A stretch of DNA of 63,443 nucleotides, counting the filler, from Octopus bimaculoides (Eukaryota): NCBI RefSeq assembly GCF_001194135.2. It is 4 parts of 4 records of this genome, joined end to end, with 100 filler letters (N's around TTAATTAATTAA, not from the genome) between each part and the next. Parts side by side here need not be neighbours in the genome. Positions count along the whole stretch, not along the records: positions 30,814 to 58,386 come from NC_068982.1; 3 more parts are not named here. One strand, 5' to 3'. A model generated the notes under the pieces. That model was given only the letters and a program-made list of their open reading frames with translations, was not told where the DNA came from and ran no database searches. The position numbers and the translations under genes were made by a program. How positions within the stretch are numbered: the stretch's first letter is position 1; each line of letters opens with the position of its first letter. Positions 40,102 through 53,639 of the stretch are shown here, in pieces.

Positions 40102-40310
40102 GTTCGTTTGTTTCTTTCTATGTATTTACATATGTGAGTGCATGTATGTGCGTGTGCACTTACAAATAAGACAAAATTTAAAGAATGAAGTTAAGTTGGA
40201 ACTGATTCGTAACTAGTAATAGTGTAGAGTCTGAAATGACAATGGATCGTGTTTTTACATACACACATATATATATGTGTGCGCGCGCGCGCGCGTGCGT
40301 GTGTGTGTGC

Positions 40311-40373
<63 letters not shown>

Positions 40374-41061
40374 CATACATACATGCATAAATGCTTAAAG
40401 GTGAATGTGGATAAACTGGGATTTTCAGAAAGAGAAATCGATCGGTTAATTCGTACATTACAAGTGCAATCTGTGAGTGGAACAATAAAAATATGCAAGA
40501 CTTTTCTCAAGTTCCAAATGTGAATTTGTCTGTGTTAAATACATCCCAAAGACGGAGGCTTGTATCGTTGTTGGAAACCGGCCCCCACCTCAGTGCAAGA
40601 TTTATAGTGATTAAAAATTAGAAGAGACATACATACATACATGCATACAATGAAATGATGTTATGCAATGAAATGATATCATGCTCGTGCTTTTCTTGTA
40701 TGAATAACCGAAGTGGGTCTGATGGTTCTCACTACCGATCGAAACTGCATCATGGTGTTGATTGCTGGAAATGTATTTATTACTATCATTTATATTGAAC
40801 GTGTGTTTCCATTAGTCATTCAATAAGTTGTAATTCACGGTTAACTTAGGATAATTTTCCATCCCAAAGTGCTGCTGTTCATGTAATCATATAGCCTGTT
40901 CTCTCTCTCTTTCTCTCTGTACACGTACACGCGCGCGCACACATGCACACATATACACACACTCACAAGTATGTATGTATATGCATATGCGTAACATATA
41001 TGTGAGTGTATGTCTGTGCATATATAAGTATATAATTATATATATACGTATACACACATAC

Positions 41062-41108
<47 letters not shown>

Positions 41109-41271
41109 TATCTATCCATCTATATATAACGTCCTGTACCCGAATATGCATCTATATATACATGTAGATGTAGGTATACATGCATATGTTTATATATCAT
41201 TTGTTTTATTATGTCATCGAACGCACGCGTCCATTTGCAAGTAAGTTTCAACTTTATATTTCTGACGCGAC

Positions 41272-41312
<41 letters not shown>

Positions 41313-41644
41313 ACCTATCTATCTTTCTTCTTACCTAACTCTCCCTCCCGCTCTGCTTCCTTCTGTTGTCCTTGTTTCTCCCCCTCACTGCTATACATAT
41401 CTCTCTCTACCTGGTGTAGAACTCACTAAACGTATGTTTGAGAACGAAGTGTTAACCGAGTATAGAGCGGTAATATGAAACAGAGATGACAAAAGAATAA
41501 ATGATTATCTCGTGAACTTCATTAGCTTACAGCTATCTCTGTTTTAGGTTGCAGTGGACTCATAACTGAATGCCTGAATAAGGCATAGCTTCATCGCAGC
41601 CTCGAATATGAAGCGCAATTTATTTGGGAAAGAATTACATTTGT

Positions 41645-41676
<32 letters not shown>

Positions 41677-42082
41677 ACACATGTATAATATGTTGTTGTT
41701 GTTAATCTGAGTTTATTATTCTTTTATCTCTATAATCTTACATAAACCAAGAATTATGTGAATCACAACATTTAAATCCATATTGCGTCTGGTCTACTGT
41801 CCTATATAGGTGTGATTTAGTTTCGAATAATATGAAGTTATTAGAGATTAAGACAGCTGTTGTTACCGCAATGATATAAATTCATCCATTTTCCTTTTGC
41901 CAAAGAAAATAATTCCTTTGCTTGGTGCTTATTTTCGGTGTATGTTGTGTAATGTGAATGAGATATAAATCTCTTTATAGCATAGGATCTATTGCATGTA
42001 GCTTTTTTCACGACAGACACAGGACTTTAAATTACAGACCATCACTTGCAAAATTCAACGTTACACTTCTCACAGAGAATTA

Positions 42083-42262
42083 TATTGGTTTCAAAATTTT
42101 GGCACAAGGCCAGCAATTTCGGGGGTAGGGGCAAGTCAATTACATCGACCCCAGAGTTCAACTGGTACTTATTTTCCGATTCTGAAAGGTTGAAAGGCGT
42201 GGTCGACCTCGACGGAATTTGAACGTCCAGCATGCTAACGACCTTGTCAGCTCGCTGCCTTA
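42083..42262 (-). mobile_element. SINE family B with internal deletion
   Basis: ttggtttcaaaattttggcacaaggcc...gtcgacctcgacggaatttgaacg...gctaacgaccttgtcagctcgctgcctta. Confidence 0.85.
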
Positions 42263-42364
42263 TCAGTGGTGTATTGTATTACAGGCAGCACATCCTCAGA
42301 GTTAGATGATGTTTGCATTAGTATTCACGTTGATCTCTGAGGTGACTTTTGCAGAACAGCCACT

Positions 42365-42535
42365 GAGAGCCAGGTGACTTAGTGTCTATACTACGTACCT
42401 AAAACCACTAGTTGACCTACTCCAAAGTTGCCGCTAAAAAATTACTAGGTGACCGAATTTAAAGTACCGAATTAGAGCTAGGTGACCTATATCAAGTACG
42501 TGCTAAAAGCTACAAGGTGTACCAGTGTGTGTGTG

Positions 42536-42596
<61 letters not shown>

Positions 42597-42670
42597 TACC
42601 TACTTAAGAGCTAGGTGACCTGGTCTGTAGTACCCACTTAAAACTACTTGGTGACCTAGGTAACTATGTT
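42365..42670. repeat. Degenerate ~33-38 bp minisatellite with a CTAGGTGACCT core, interrupted by (GT)n
   Basis: The core or a variant starts at 42373, 42411, 42448, 42481, 42516, 42614 and 42650. Confidence 0.75.
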
Positions 42671-45506
42671 TAGTTTTATTTTTGTGTTTGTAACCGCTTA
42701 ATAAACTATATTCAAACGTCTGGATGTATAGCCTTCTTGCGAGTTGAATCTTGTTTCAAAAATATAAATTCACTTCAATTTAAGAATGTTTTAGTTTCCA
42801 TGTGTTTAATACGAAGGTAGTTATTTAATAATTTTCAAGTTAGCTCCGATATGCGAATGACATTAATCACTTCTAAGCTCAGCTGCACTTTCTAGATAAC
42901 TATAAGCTGTGGAACTCTTAGCAAACAATGTTTAACAAACCTGAAACCGGTGGTTGCTGTGATTATACTGTTTTATAGCCACACTGAAAAATGTGATGTT
43001 TATTTTGACTGGGCACAAATCCAATTTTCAAAGCGAGAAGGAGCATGTAAACCATTGAAACGATCCTGATGTATTATAGATATTTGTTTCACCGGTTTTA
43101 GATGAATTGAATGTAATATATGCTCTTTTTAAGCAATCACTCTTCCCTTTAAACACTGCCGTTTTGCTCATTAAAATCATTAATTATACAGGTAGTCCAA
43201 GCCGTTCAGTTATCTCTATAATTAGAGTTGTCTCGTCTCCGTAATTATAGTTATGACAACTACAGAACCTCCTTCCCCCTAAATCTTCATATTAATTCCC
43301 GATGATAATTCCCTCACTTACTGATCCTTGTAGGTGGGCCTCTGTATACAGGCTATGTTCTCAGCCACGCTTTCTGAGTCCGAGTTGAATTATATATTTA
43401 CTTTATCGAGTTAGAAATAGGCAGATGCGTAAACAGGATGACAACTGATATCTTAACCGTGGCGAGAAACATATATCAGGAATCAAAACCAGAAAGAGAA
43501 ATCACTTCACCAGGAGCTTAAACATTCTCTACGAAGTTTCCTCTATCTTTGTTTATTATCTGGAATAAGGAATTGTCTATTGTATAAAGTATAGGCATAA
43601 AAAAGTAAGCAATCCCTTTATTATTGTATTTGAATTGCTAAAAGAGAAAAAAGATGATAGCATGAATGACAGACTACAAAAGAACTTAGATGTATGTGCG
43701 TGTTATTTTTTTAATCTATTAAGAATATTATTACAAATTGTGATCTCTCTGGCTTAAAAACACTTTAACACAAGAATAACAAATGGAATAGTGTCGTTTA
43801 ACGATCGTTTAAGAAGTATGAGAAGCTACAACTTAAAAGTATTGCGATGTTTTTCTAAACAAAACAAAGCAAAACATTAAAGTGTAGTTATATCAAAGGA
43901 ATTGTTTAATATCTTTTGCATTTTTCCATTTATAAGTAAATGATAAAACGTATTTTTCATATTTTAGAATATGTATTCCAAACACACAGATAAAGAACAA
44001 AAAATGGCGAATATCAAAAATAGACCAAACAGCTAAGTTAAAAATAAAACATTTTAACAAATCTACCAACGAACGGTAAACATCGTCAAATAAGATTATG
44101 AAGTCTGGTAAAATAGAATACAAAACAATTACTGCGAGTTATTGCTCGTCATAATTGTGGTCTGGCTACCAGCAATGCCAATACTGTCATCTATATCTCT
44201 AAAACTATAACCAACACTGCAGTGAAACATACATTAACATCCACATTACTATAAAACTTTTTACTTTATACATTATAAAATACTGCACCATATTATATTT
44301 TTATATTACTGCTATACAATAGTCTGCCCAACACTACATTACACTGCACTGAACAACACATTTATACATCAATATTATACTGCACCATGTAATGCCCACT
44401 AACATTGTTATATTAGCCTTCTTCCATAATAAAGACAGGATAGAATTATATGTTCTGAGTTCAAATTCTATCAAAGTCAGCCCTACCTTTTATTTATCTG
44501 GGGCAGAAAATTTTGTACCAGCAATGTACGGTATTGATTTAATCAACTCTACATTCTTCTTTTAAATTCGTGCCAAAGTTAGAAGTCAATGTCTCAAATA
44601 TCTTTGTTTTAGGAAACTGAAAACAACAACAACGACCACCACCACAACAATACAACAATACAACAAAAATATAACAACTATAACGGGTATTTATAATGTT
44701 AAAGTCAAAGGCAAGCAACATTTGTGGAATGAAAACTTAAAGACAACTGATTATATTGAAAATGAATGAATGAATGAATAGAGGTCAGAGTGACACAAAC
44801 ATGAAAACAACTTTTTCTGTTTGAAACTAAGAGATCAAAGAAAATTCATACTGAGTAGAAATCGATCTTTTGAGTTTTTAGATATAATCTTTGGCATACA
44901 AATTATATTTTAAAAGAAGGACAATAATAATAATGATAAACAGTTTTAAAGAAGTCTTTCAAAGATTGTCGTATTCAATTAAAATTTCTTAAATAGATAA
45001 TGGCAGATATAAAGAGCTACAAAAACTATTCAACATAAAAATAATGTAAAAACGGCAAAAGCTAGACTATACAATATATATATATATATTTTTAAATGTC
45101 TCTACAAAAATAGCCACAGAAATCTCCACATATAACGTGTCGGGAAAATAAGACATTGACTATAGCCGGTATAAAAATGCCTCTTTCAATAAACCACAAA
45201 CGTTATCCAATCTATAAATGTGCGATGAAAAACAAATAGAAAGAAAAACACGGAAACAATAGCAACATATTTTTAAAAGATAGCTGTTTGACAGAATAAA
45301 ATACAGCTCTAGTAAGTTTTCTTCTGATACAAGTTTTAAACGACGAATCGAAATGTGAAATCATATATTTACGACATTGTCTTTTTTCTGTTTCTTTTTC
45401 TTTTCACTGAGCTCAAGGCCAATATTCGTAAAGAAGTCTGCAAAATGTTCATCCATATGCTCTATATATCAGATATTAGAGTGATTGTGTAATATATGTC
45501 GGTTCT

Positions 45507-45729
45507 AAGGCGGCGAGCTGGCAGAAATTTTAGCACGCAGGGTGAAATGCTTAACGGTATTTCGTCTGTCTTTACGTTCTGAGTTCAAATTCAGCCGAGG
45601 TCAACTTTGCCTTTATCCTTTCGGGGAGGGGGGGTTGATAAATTAAGTACCAATTGCGTACTGGGATCGATCTAATCGACTGGCTTCCTTCCCCAAAATT
45701 TCGGGCCTTGTGACTAGAGTAGAAAGAAT
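45507..45729 (+). mobile_element. SINE family B, full length, young, with a 15-bp TSD
   Basis: Head aaggcggcgagctggcagaa, B-box-like gagttcaaat. The TSD atatatgtcggttct lies at 45492-45506 and 45730-45744. Confidence 0.92.
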
Positions 45730-46174
45730 ATATATGTCGGTTCTGTTTACTTATACCCAGAAATAAAAATATTTCCACCAGTGAGAGATCAGAAAATTGA
45801 ATAAATTAAATGGACTGAATTTTGTTGGAATTGTTGATGTTGTGGTTGTTGTTGTTGTTGATCTAATTTTTATTTCGACTCAAGTCAAGCTTGATCGAAC
45901 AGACGATGATCAAAGGATCTAATCATCCGCTATTTTGGAAGCAGCACATTTAGGTCAACATTATCTGAAGTTTCATTCATTTTTGAGACGGAAGGATGTC
46001 TTTTGAGAGTGATATTTAGTTGCTATCTCTAACAGGCTACAGGACCCCATAGAAGCTCTCTTATTGATTCGTTTGTCTATAATTAAAGAAGAGGGTTGTT
46101 ACAGGGGTGTATAGTGTTTAGGTAGTTAGATTCTCGCATATTGACTGATACATTGGCTTAAGTGGGATCACCCT

Positions 46175-46774
46175 CTGTATGTATCGAGAAAACAATGGAC
46201 GGGAACTCTACGGGATGCGCGTGCTTAAGTGGGACAGATAGTGAGTAAAGCAGGGGTCAATGGAATAAAAGCTTCCAAAATTAATGTCGTGTTGCGCATC
46301 ATGAAAGAAATTCACCCAAACTGTTCAGGCATAGTTATGTGGATAGCAGTTCCTTTCCCAACTATTTGGTTACCACTGCCCGGTAACTTCATGTGTCTTC
46401 TACTGTAGCATCGAGACTACCAATGTCTTGTGAACAGAAAATCTGTAGAAACCCTGTATGTATCGAGAAAACAATGGACGGGNNNNNNNNNNTCTGTATG
46501 TATCGAGAAAACAATGGACGGGAACTCTACGGGATGCGCGTGCTTAAGTGGGACAGATAGTGAGTAAAGCAGGGGTCAATGTAATAAAAGCTTCCAAAAT
46601 TAATGTCGTGTTGCGCATCATGAAAGAAATTCACCCAAACTGTTCAGGTATAGTTATGTGGATAGTAGTTCCTTTCCCAACTATTTGGTTACCACTGCAC
46701 GGTAACTTCATGTGTCTTCTACTGTAGCATCGAGACTACCAATGTCTTGTGAACAGAAAATCTGTAGAAACCCT
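46175..46774. repeat. 279-bp tandem duplication spanning a 10-N gap, containing a decayed SINE A head
   Basis: Units start at 46175, 46454 (partial) and 46494. I count four substitutions between the two full units. Confidence 0.85.
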
Positions 46775-47529
46775 AGAAATGATCGGTTATCGAATATTAT
46801 GACTCTCTCTCTCTCTTTCTGTACCTATATGTGTGTTTGTGTCTGTGTGTATATGTGTGTGTGTGAGCGTGCGAGCGTGTTTTGGTATGTTCGTCTATGT
46901 TTGTATATGGTGTGTTTGTCGTAAGTTTTTGTACCTGAGTATACCGCAATAGGGTCTCTTTATATGATAAAGAAAATCTTAACTGAACATTTCGATAATT
47001 AGATACCAACAAATTTAATATCAGGCTGAAATAAGTACTAGGAATTAAAGATAGTGTTCTATACTGAATAAACGACACAATATCCTCATTTCTCTCTTCT
47101 GAAAATAAATAAATAAATAATAAAAATGGTTTTGTGTGTATAGTCAAAAGTAACTGTTTATTACATTAGTTTTCAACATTAAGAGATCGCAAAAAAACTA
47201 AACCGCTATAAATTTTTCACAAATAAAAAAAAAATAATGAAAGTAATAAAAAATATTTATGACAAATTTACATTCGAATTCACTATGAAAATAACTCGTA
47301 CCGTTATCCAAACTGAGCTTATGATATATGTGCTTTAAATAGATATAGGAGATGTTCACACACTCACGCACACATACACACACATATGTACGCATACAGT
47401 ATTATAAACTAAAGATTCTTGAATCGAATCGTTACTCGGAGTTTCACGTTGTTGATTATTCAAGCGATTGAAGAAGTGAAATAGCATCATAATATATAAG
47501 CATGACAAAAAAACAAAAAAATCAAGATC

Positions 47530-47902
47530 AAAAACTTAAATGCGTCGAAATGTGGTAAGCCATTGAAATTTGAATGACTTTTGAAGCCATGTTCTTGAGC
47601 CTGCAACCCACACTGGCAAACTGGCACTAGATATCTTGTCCTGGCTTGTCCCTCGGTCATGTCAGTAGGATGGAGAGGGTCTGTGAGGTACTGTTCAGGC
47701 CTTATTGGACCTATAAATTTAGGTTGTGCAATCATCGACGAGGAGACTTTCTGATGCCTGGTCGTGCTGAAGGGCACTGTAACGCGCGTGGAAGCCACGA
47801 GTGTGAAACCGGGTGACGCGAGCGCTTGTTCAATACGCACATGTACAGGCATTGCTAGTATTTTGCATGGGCAGTGGTTAACACACACATACGCACACAC
47901 AC

Positions 47903-47942
<40 letters not shown>

Positions 47943-48405
47943 TCACACACACACAAACACACTCACACACACATACACACACACACTTATGAGAAATAAG
48001 GATAAGCATGAAATTTGAATGACTTTTGAAGCCAGTAAAGGCACATGTTTCCCATTTGGTGACAGAGGACAAAACGTGGACGTATTTTTATGATACGAAA
48101 ACGGAACGGCGTCACACCTCAAGAGCCAGTGATTTGTACATAAAGGTCATGGTGAATGTATTGGGAAATGACAAGGGCGTCACTCTCTTTGATTTTCTAG
48201 AATGCGGCTGTGTCGTAAACATTGAGATACTCGAAATATTTAGAGAAGCTATTACCTGACGATGATTCCCATTCACGATGACAATGCGCGACGACACTCA
48301 TCTCGAGCCAAAAGTGTGGCAGTTGGAAAACTGGGTTGGTCAGTGGGCTACTATCCACTGTACAACCTGGATCTAGCGTCTTTCGACTTCCACCTGTGTG
48401 ACACT
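47530..48405 (+). mobile_element. Degenerate mariner (DD34D-type) transposase remnant, interrupted by an insertion
   Basis: HLVTEDKTWTYFYDTK (IVTGDETW...YD), KVMVNVLGNDKGVTLFDFL (KVM..VFWD..G...DFL), IHDDNARRH (HDNARPH) and LGWSVGYYPLYNLDLASFDFHL (LGW....HPPYSPDLAPSDFHL). Confidence 0.88.
47590..48008. mobile_element. Unidentified ~420-bp insert with a (CA)n tract, bounded by a perfect 26-bp direct repeat
   Basis: tgaaatttgaatgacttttgaagcca at 47564-47589 and 48009-48034. Confidence 0.6.
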
Positions 48406-48488
48406 GATTCTACTTGAGAATTACGCCAAGAGTACGAAGGTCTGTGAAATGGTCAGTCACTTACACGTTAATATTAAGAAGTTTCTTA

Positions 48489-48693
48489 AGGCTGCGAGCT
48501 GGTAGAGTTGTTAACACGCCGGGAAAATGCTTAGCGGCGTTTCGTCCGTCTATGTTAAAATTCCGCCGAGGTCGACTTTGCCTTTCATTCTTTTAGGGTC
48601 GATAAAATAAGTACCACTTGCACACTAGGATCGATGTAATCGACTAACCCCTTCCCTCAAAATTTCAGGCATTATGCCTATAGTAGAAAAGAA
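48489..48693 (+). mobile_element. SINE family B, full length, with an imperfect ~19-bp TSD
   Basis: aatattaagaagtttctta (48470-48488) versus aatataaagaagttactta (48692-48710). Confidence 0.9.
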
Positions 48694-48781
48694 TATAAAG
48701 AAGTTACTTATACAGTTGATCGAACAGCTCAATCCAGATCACCGAACGACGGATTCCCGTATTCGCGTCAGTGCATATATA

Positions 48782-49283
48782 TAGGGTGTCCCAGAATTAA
48801 CTATCTATTTCAATGAAATCAGGCAAATTGAAAAAAAGATATGATACCAAAACAAATAGATGTATAAATCTTACACCAAATTTTTATCGAAAATTTTCAA
48901 CATGGCTCCGTCTGTATCCAAGCAACTTTCAAATCTATCGTTAGCTATGCGAAACACATCTTGCAGCATTTCAGGAGTTACGTCCTGCATTGCTAACCAA
49001 ATGTGTTCTTTAAGCTCAGCTAAACTATAGCGCCATCTCAGGGATTGAGGTAGACAAAAAGATTGGAGCCAAATTGATAAAAAGCTGTCGTGAGTGATAA
49101 ACGAGATCCAACAGGAATGAAAATAAAATTATACAAAAAATACAAAAATTATAAAATTATAAACAAAGTTGAAAAGTTATACACCTGTAACACATATTAA
49201 ACATGATAAGCATAAATAAAAGTGAGTTTTTATTAAAATTATCCGATTTCACTGAAATAAATAGTTCATTCTGGGACACCCTG
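48782..49283 (-). mobile_element. Tc1/mariner-superfamily deletion derivative (~500 bp) with ~40-bp TIRs
   Basis: Left tagggtgtcccagaattaactatctatttcaatgaaatc; right (reverse complement) cagggtgtcccagaatgaactatttatttcagtgaaatc. Minus-strand SLAELKEHIWLAMQDVTPEMLQDVFRIANDRFESCLDTDG resembles a Tc1-type transposase C-terminus. Confidence 0.82.
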
Positions 49284-49374
49284 GGTCGATTCATTCGACA
49301 AAAAATTCCTCAAGGCAGTGCCCCAGCATAGCCACAGTCTAATAACTGCAGCGAGCAAAAGATAAAAGGTAAAA

Positions 49375-49377
<3 letters not shown>
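49284..49377 (+). mobile_element. SINE family A, 3' tail fragment
   Basis: gggtcgattcattcgac...caaggcagtgccccagcatagccacagtctaataactg...aaaagataaaag. Confidence 0.75.
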
Positions 49378-49444
<67 letters not shown>

Positions 49445-49445
<1 letters not shown>

Positions 49446-49805
49446 TACTTGTTTCAGTCATCAGACTGTGGCCATGTTGGGCACCACCTTACAGGGTTTT
49501 ATTCAAACAACCAGACGCCAGTACTTCTGTCTTTCTAAATCCTGGAACTTATTCTATCCGTCTTTTTTTTGCAGAACAGCTAAGTTACGGGGACGTCAAC
49601 AAACCAACACCAGTTGTGAAGCGGTGGTAGGAGAGAAACACAATCACAAAGACACACAGACATAGATGTATACAACGGGCTTATTTTCAGTTTCCGTCTG
49701 CCAAATTTACTCAGAAGATGGCTAGAGCAGAAACACTTGCCCGAGCTGCCCCTCAGTGAGACTGAACCCGGAGTCATATGACCATACAGTTACACCTGCG
49801 CCTAT
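49445..49805 (-). mobile_element. SINE family A
   Basis: tacttgtttcagtcatcagactgtggccatg...gctaagttacggggacgt...cagtttccgtctgccaaa...gactgaacccgga. Confidence 0.8.
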
Positions 49806-51707
49806 GTGTATATTTACACTTAAATATATACATATATTACATACATATGTGCATATATATGTATATACACACAAACATATATATACATACATATATATAT
49901 ATATATANNNNNNNNNNNNNNNNNNNNNNNNNNNNNNNNNNNNNNNNNNNNNNNNNNNNNNNNNNNNNNNNNNNNNNNNNNNNNNNNNNNNNNNNNNNNN
50001 NNNNNNNNNNNNNNNNNNNNNNNNNNNNNNNNNNNNNNNNNNNNNNNNNNNNNNNNNNNNNNNNNNNNNNNNNNNNNNNNNNNNNNNNNNNNNNNNNNNN
50101 NNNNNNNNNNNNNNNNNNNNNNNNNNNNNNNNNNNNNNNNNNNNNNNNNNNNNNNNNNNNNNNNNNNNNNNNNNNNNNNNNNNNNNNNNNNNNNNNNNNN
50201 NNNNNNNNNNNNNNNNNNNNNNNNNNNNNNNNNNNNNNNNNNNNNNNNNNNNNNNNNNNNNNNNNNNNNNNNNNNNNNNNNNNNNNNNNNNNNNNNNNNN
50301 NNNNNNNNNNNNNNNNNNNNNNNNNNNNNNNNNNNNNNNNNNNNNNNNNNNNNNNNNNNNNNNNNNNNNNNNNNNNNNNNNNNNNNNNNNNNNNNNNNNN
50401 NNNNNNNNNNNNNNNNNNNNNNNNNNNNNNNNNNNNNNNNNNNNNNNNNNNNNNNNNNNNNNNNNNNNNNNNNNNNNNNNNNNNNNNNNNNNNNNNNNNN
50501 NNNNNNNNNNNNNNNNNNNNNNNNNNNNNNNNNNNNNNNNNNNNNNNNNNNNNNNNNNNNNNNNNNNNNNNNNNNNNNNNNNNNNNNNNNNNNNNNNNNN
50601 NNNTATATATATACGTAAGCCTGCACACACGCAAAAGTAAATGCATAGGTAGAAAACATTTGTACATTAGCAGTCTTACATGCGTACACGAACATGTTTA
50701 TGTCCTGACTGATATAAACATATACAAAGAAACTGGCATGTGCCTGCATATTAGCCTTACACATAAAAACATAAGACGAAGCATACATATAGCAAGCACA
50801 GAAGATATACACACACGCGCGCGCACATACACATACACACACTGGTATAAAAGTATACATGCACATAGCGTATAAAGGCTATAAAAGTATACGCACACAA
50901 ACACACATACACTCATATAAATACACAATAAAGTTACACAAACACACACATAAACAACATATATTGAAGCGACCCAGTTCAAACCTGGAATGCAATATTT
51001 CATCAACTTCTTGAAAGCTGTGACTCTCACATTTCTTTCTAATTAAACTGTTAAAAGATATATTACACAAATCAAAAGCACGCAGGCTGACTCCTGTGTC
51101 TACAAATGGTCGGTCTGAGCCCGTCCACGCGGTGAACGACAACTAACGAAAACGAGATGAGGTTGAGAGAAGAAAAGAGGCGCGTGTGGACGTGTAAGTG
51201 TGAATGTGTGCCTGAGTGAGTATGTGCGTGTGTGCGTGTGTGCGTGAATAATCATGGATATGTATGCGAAAGTGTGGTTTTTGTTTGTGAGAGAATGAGG
51301 CAGATTATAGGAAGCGAGTGAATGTAGGTGAGATGAAATGCAGATTAAATGAGAACATTAGGAAGGACAAAGAATGAGTATAAAAAATAAGCGGGGTGCA
51401 AACATTGAGAAAGTAAAGGGAAGATTGATACTAACAGAAAGGAAAGGCAGAAAACGTGAGAGAGAACAAAGAACAAGGTGAAAGAAGTGAACATAAGAAA
51501 AACAGAGAGGAAAGTAGATAGATAGATAGATATATAGAGAGGGGGGAGACATTAAGATGTAATGTAAATCATGGACAATAAAAATCGGATTGAGATGAGA
51601 AAGGAAAACTAGTAGAGAGGAGGTAGAGGAGGAGGAGAAGAGGATATATAAATAACAAACGTGAAGAACGTGAGAGGAAAGAAAAGGAAAGGACTATGCC
51701 CACATAG

Positions 51708-51760
<53 letters not shown>

Positions 51761-52052
51761 TGCACACACACACATACACACACACATGCACACAGATACA
51801 TAGCGAGCGCGCACACACACACACACGCAAACTCATACACAAGCACACACAGAGATGCATATGTCTATGTAGGTGCATGTAAGAATGCATGTTGAAGGAG
51901 TTCATTTTGTACCCGTGTGGTTCTGAGATCGATCCCAATACTCGGCACGATAGGGGCTTCTAGCGTTGGCCAATACAGAGGGAAACTGTACAGAAGATCG
52001 TCGCACGAGCGCGTGTATGTCTCTGTTTGTGATGTGTGTATACGTATACACA

Positions 52053-52095
<43 letters not shown>

Positions 52096-52201
52096 ACATG
52101 CACACATACACCATAAACTCTCTTTTACACACACGCACAAGCACACATTCACACGCATAAAGAACGCAGGAAGAATAATAAAGAACTACGCCTACATAGA
52201 T

Positions 52202-52296
<95 letters not shown>

Positions 52297-53639
52297 CACA
52301 GACATACACACACGCATGCACACCGACACATGCACGAAAACACACATGCAGGCATAAATATCTATGTCTATACAGATGCACGTAAGAATGCATGGTGTAT
52401 GTGTGTGTGGGTATGCGTATGCGTATGTATATGTATATGTATGCGCGTATGCGTATGTATATGTATGTGTACACACACACGCACGCTTAGGAGCTTAGTA
52501 GATTAAATCGACTCCAGTGCTCAACTGGTACTTCTTTTATCGACCTCTAAATGATGAAGCCTTAGACATTGACAAGATATTGCCACTCGAAAGATATAGA
52601 TAAAATACGTCTGTATCGGACCGAAATAAATAACTAGAGGCAATACGATAAACTAGAACTCATTCAAAGTAATTATTTCGTTATTTCATTATTTTAACCC
52701 ACATGAGAGTGACCTCTTTTAACCTACACTAGTAATATATCAACGTGAACGTATATCATCACGTCAATGTGAGGTCAGTGTCGATCAATCAGAAAACTAA
52801 ACTTCTTCAATTACGTTTGCTGTTTCAGTGTCCCTGTACGAAACCTAGGGTTTCCGTCAGGTCTAGTCTTCTCTTCCTGACTAAGAAAAAAAAACAACAA
52901 AAAAAACGTTCATACTATATTCTTGTATCGAATCCTTTTTTATGTTTGTTGCCATGAAAACAAATGCGCGCACATACACTCCCCCAACACACAAATGCAC
53001 ACGTATGCGTACACACATACATACACGAATCTTCTATGTATACAGATGTCTGGAAATTGATATCGTTTCATTTAATTTCTCCTCTTTTTGATAAAAGATT
53101 TAATCCGAAACGTCAGACCCAGTCCTTTAATTTCTTTTCCTTTAGTGCTTTTATTTTCATAGCACAAACCTCTTGGTAGTTAAATTTTGTTTAAATTTTT
53201 ACGATTTTTCCACCCAGTGTTTTATTTGTCTAAATTTATTTAGATCTTTACTTCTTTTTCTTTCCTTATCATGCTTGTTTTATTTCTATATATTCATCTA
53301 ATACATACATACATACATACATACATACATACATACACACACATATGTATGTATGTGTGTATGTATGTATGTGTGCATGTTCCCAAAGGTTTGAAAAATT
53401 CAAAGAGTACTTTTCATGTAGAATAAAGATTTGACATTATAAAATTTAATGTGTTGGTACTTTTGGGGTCCTCATTTCTTCAAGTATAAGAGTTAAACGT
53501 TTTGGAACCACAGACGAACGGTGAATCTTTCAATGCTGCACCCAAGGAAGTAAAAACTTAAGCAACATTAAAATTTCGCTTTGCATGTGGTTTGCAAGAT
53601 TCTTTGTGTGAATTCGTGTATTGAAGCATATTTTATTGT

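Noticed and set aside
42365-42670. CRISPR-like array (also 30435-30522)
   Set aside because: The repeats are short and degenerate, the spacers resemble each other, the context is eukaryotic, and no cas genes are present.
43318-43390. Minus-strand peptide NSDSESVAENIACIQRPTYKD ending at a GTAAGT donor
   Set aside because: There is an in-frame stop just upstream and no good acceptor or ATG.
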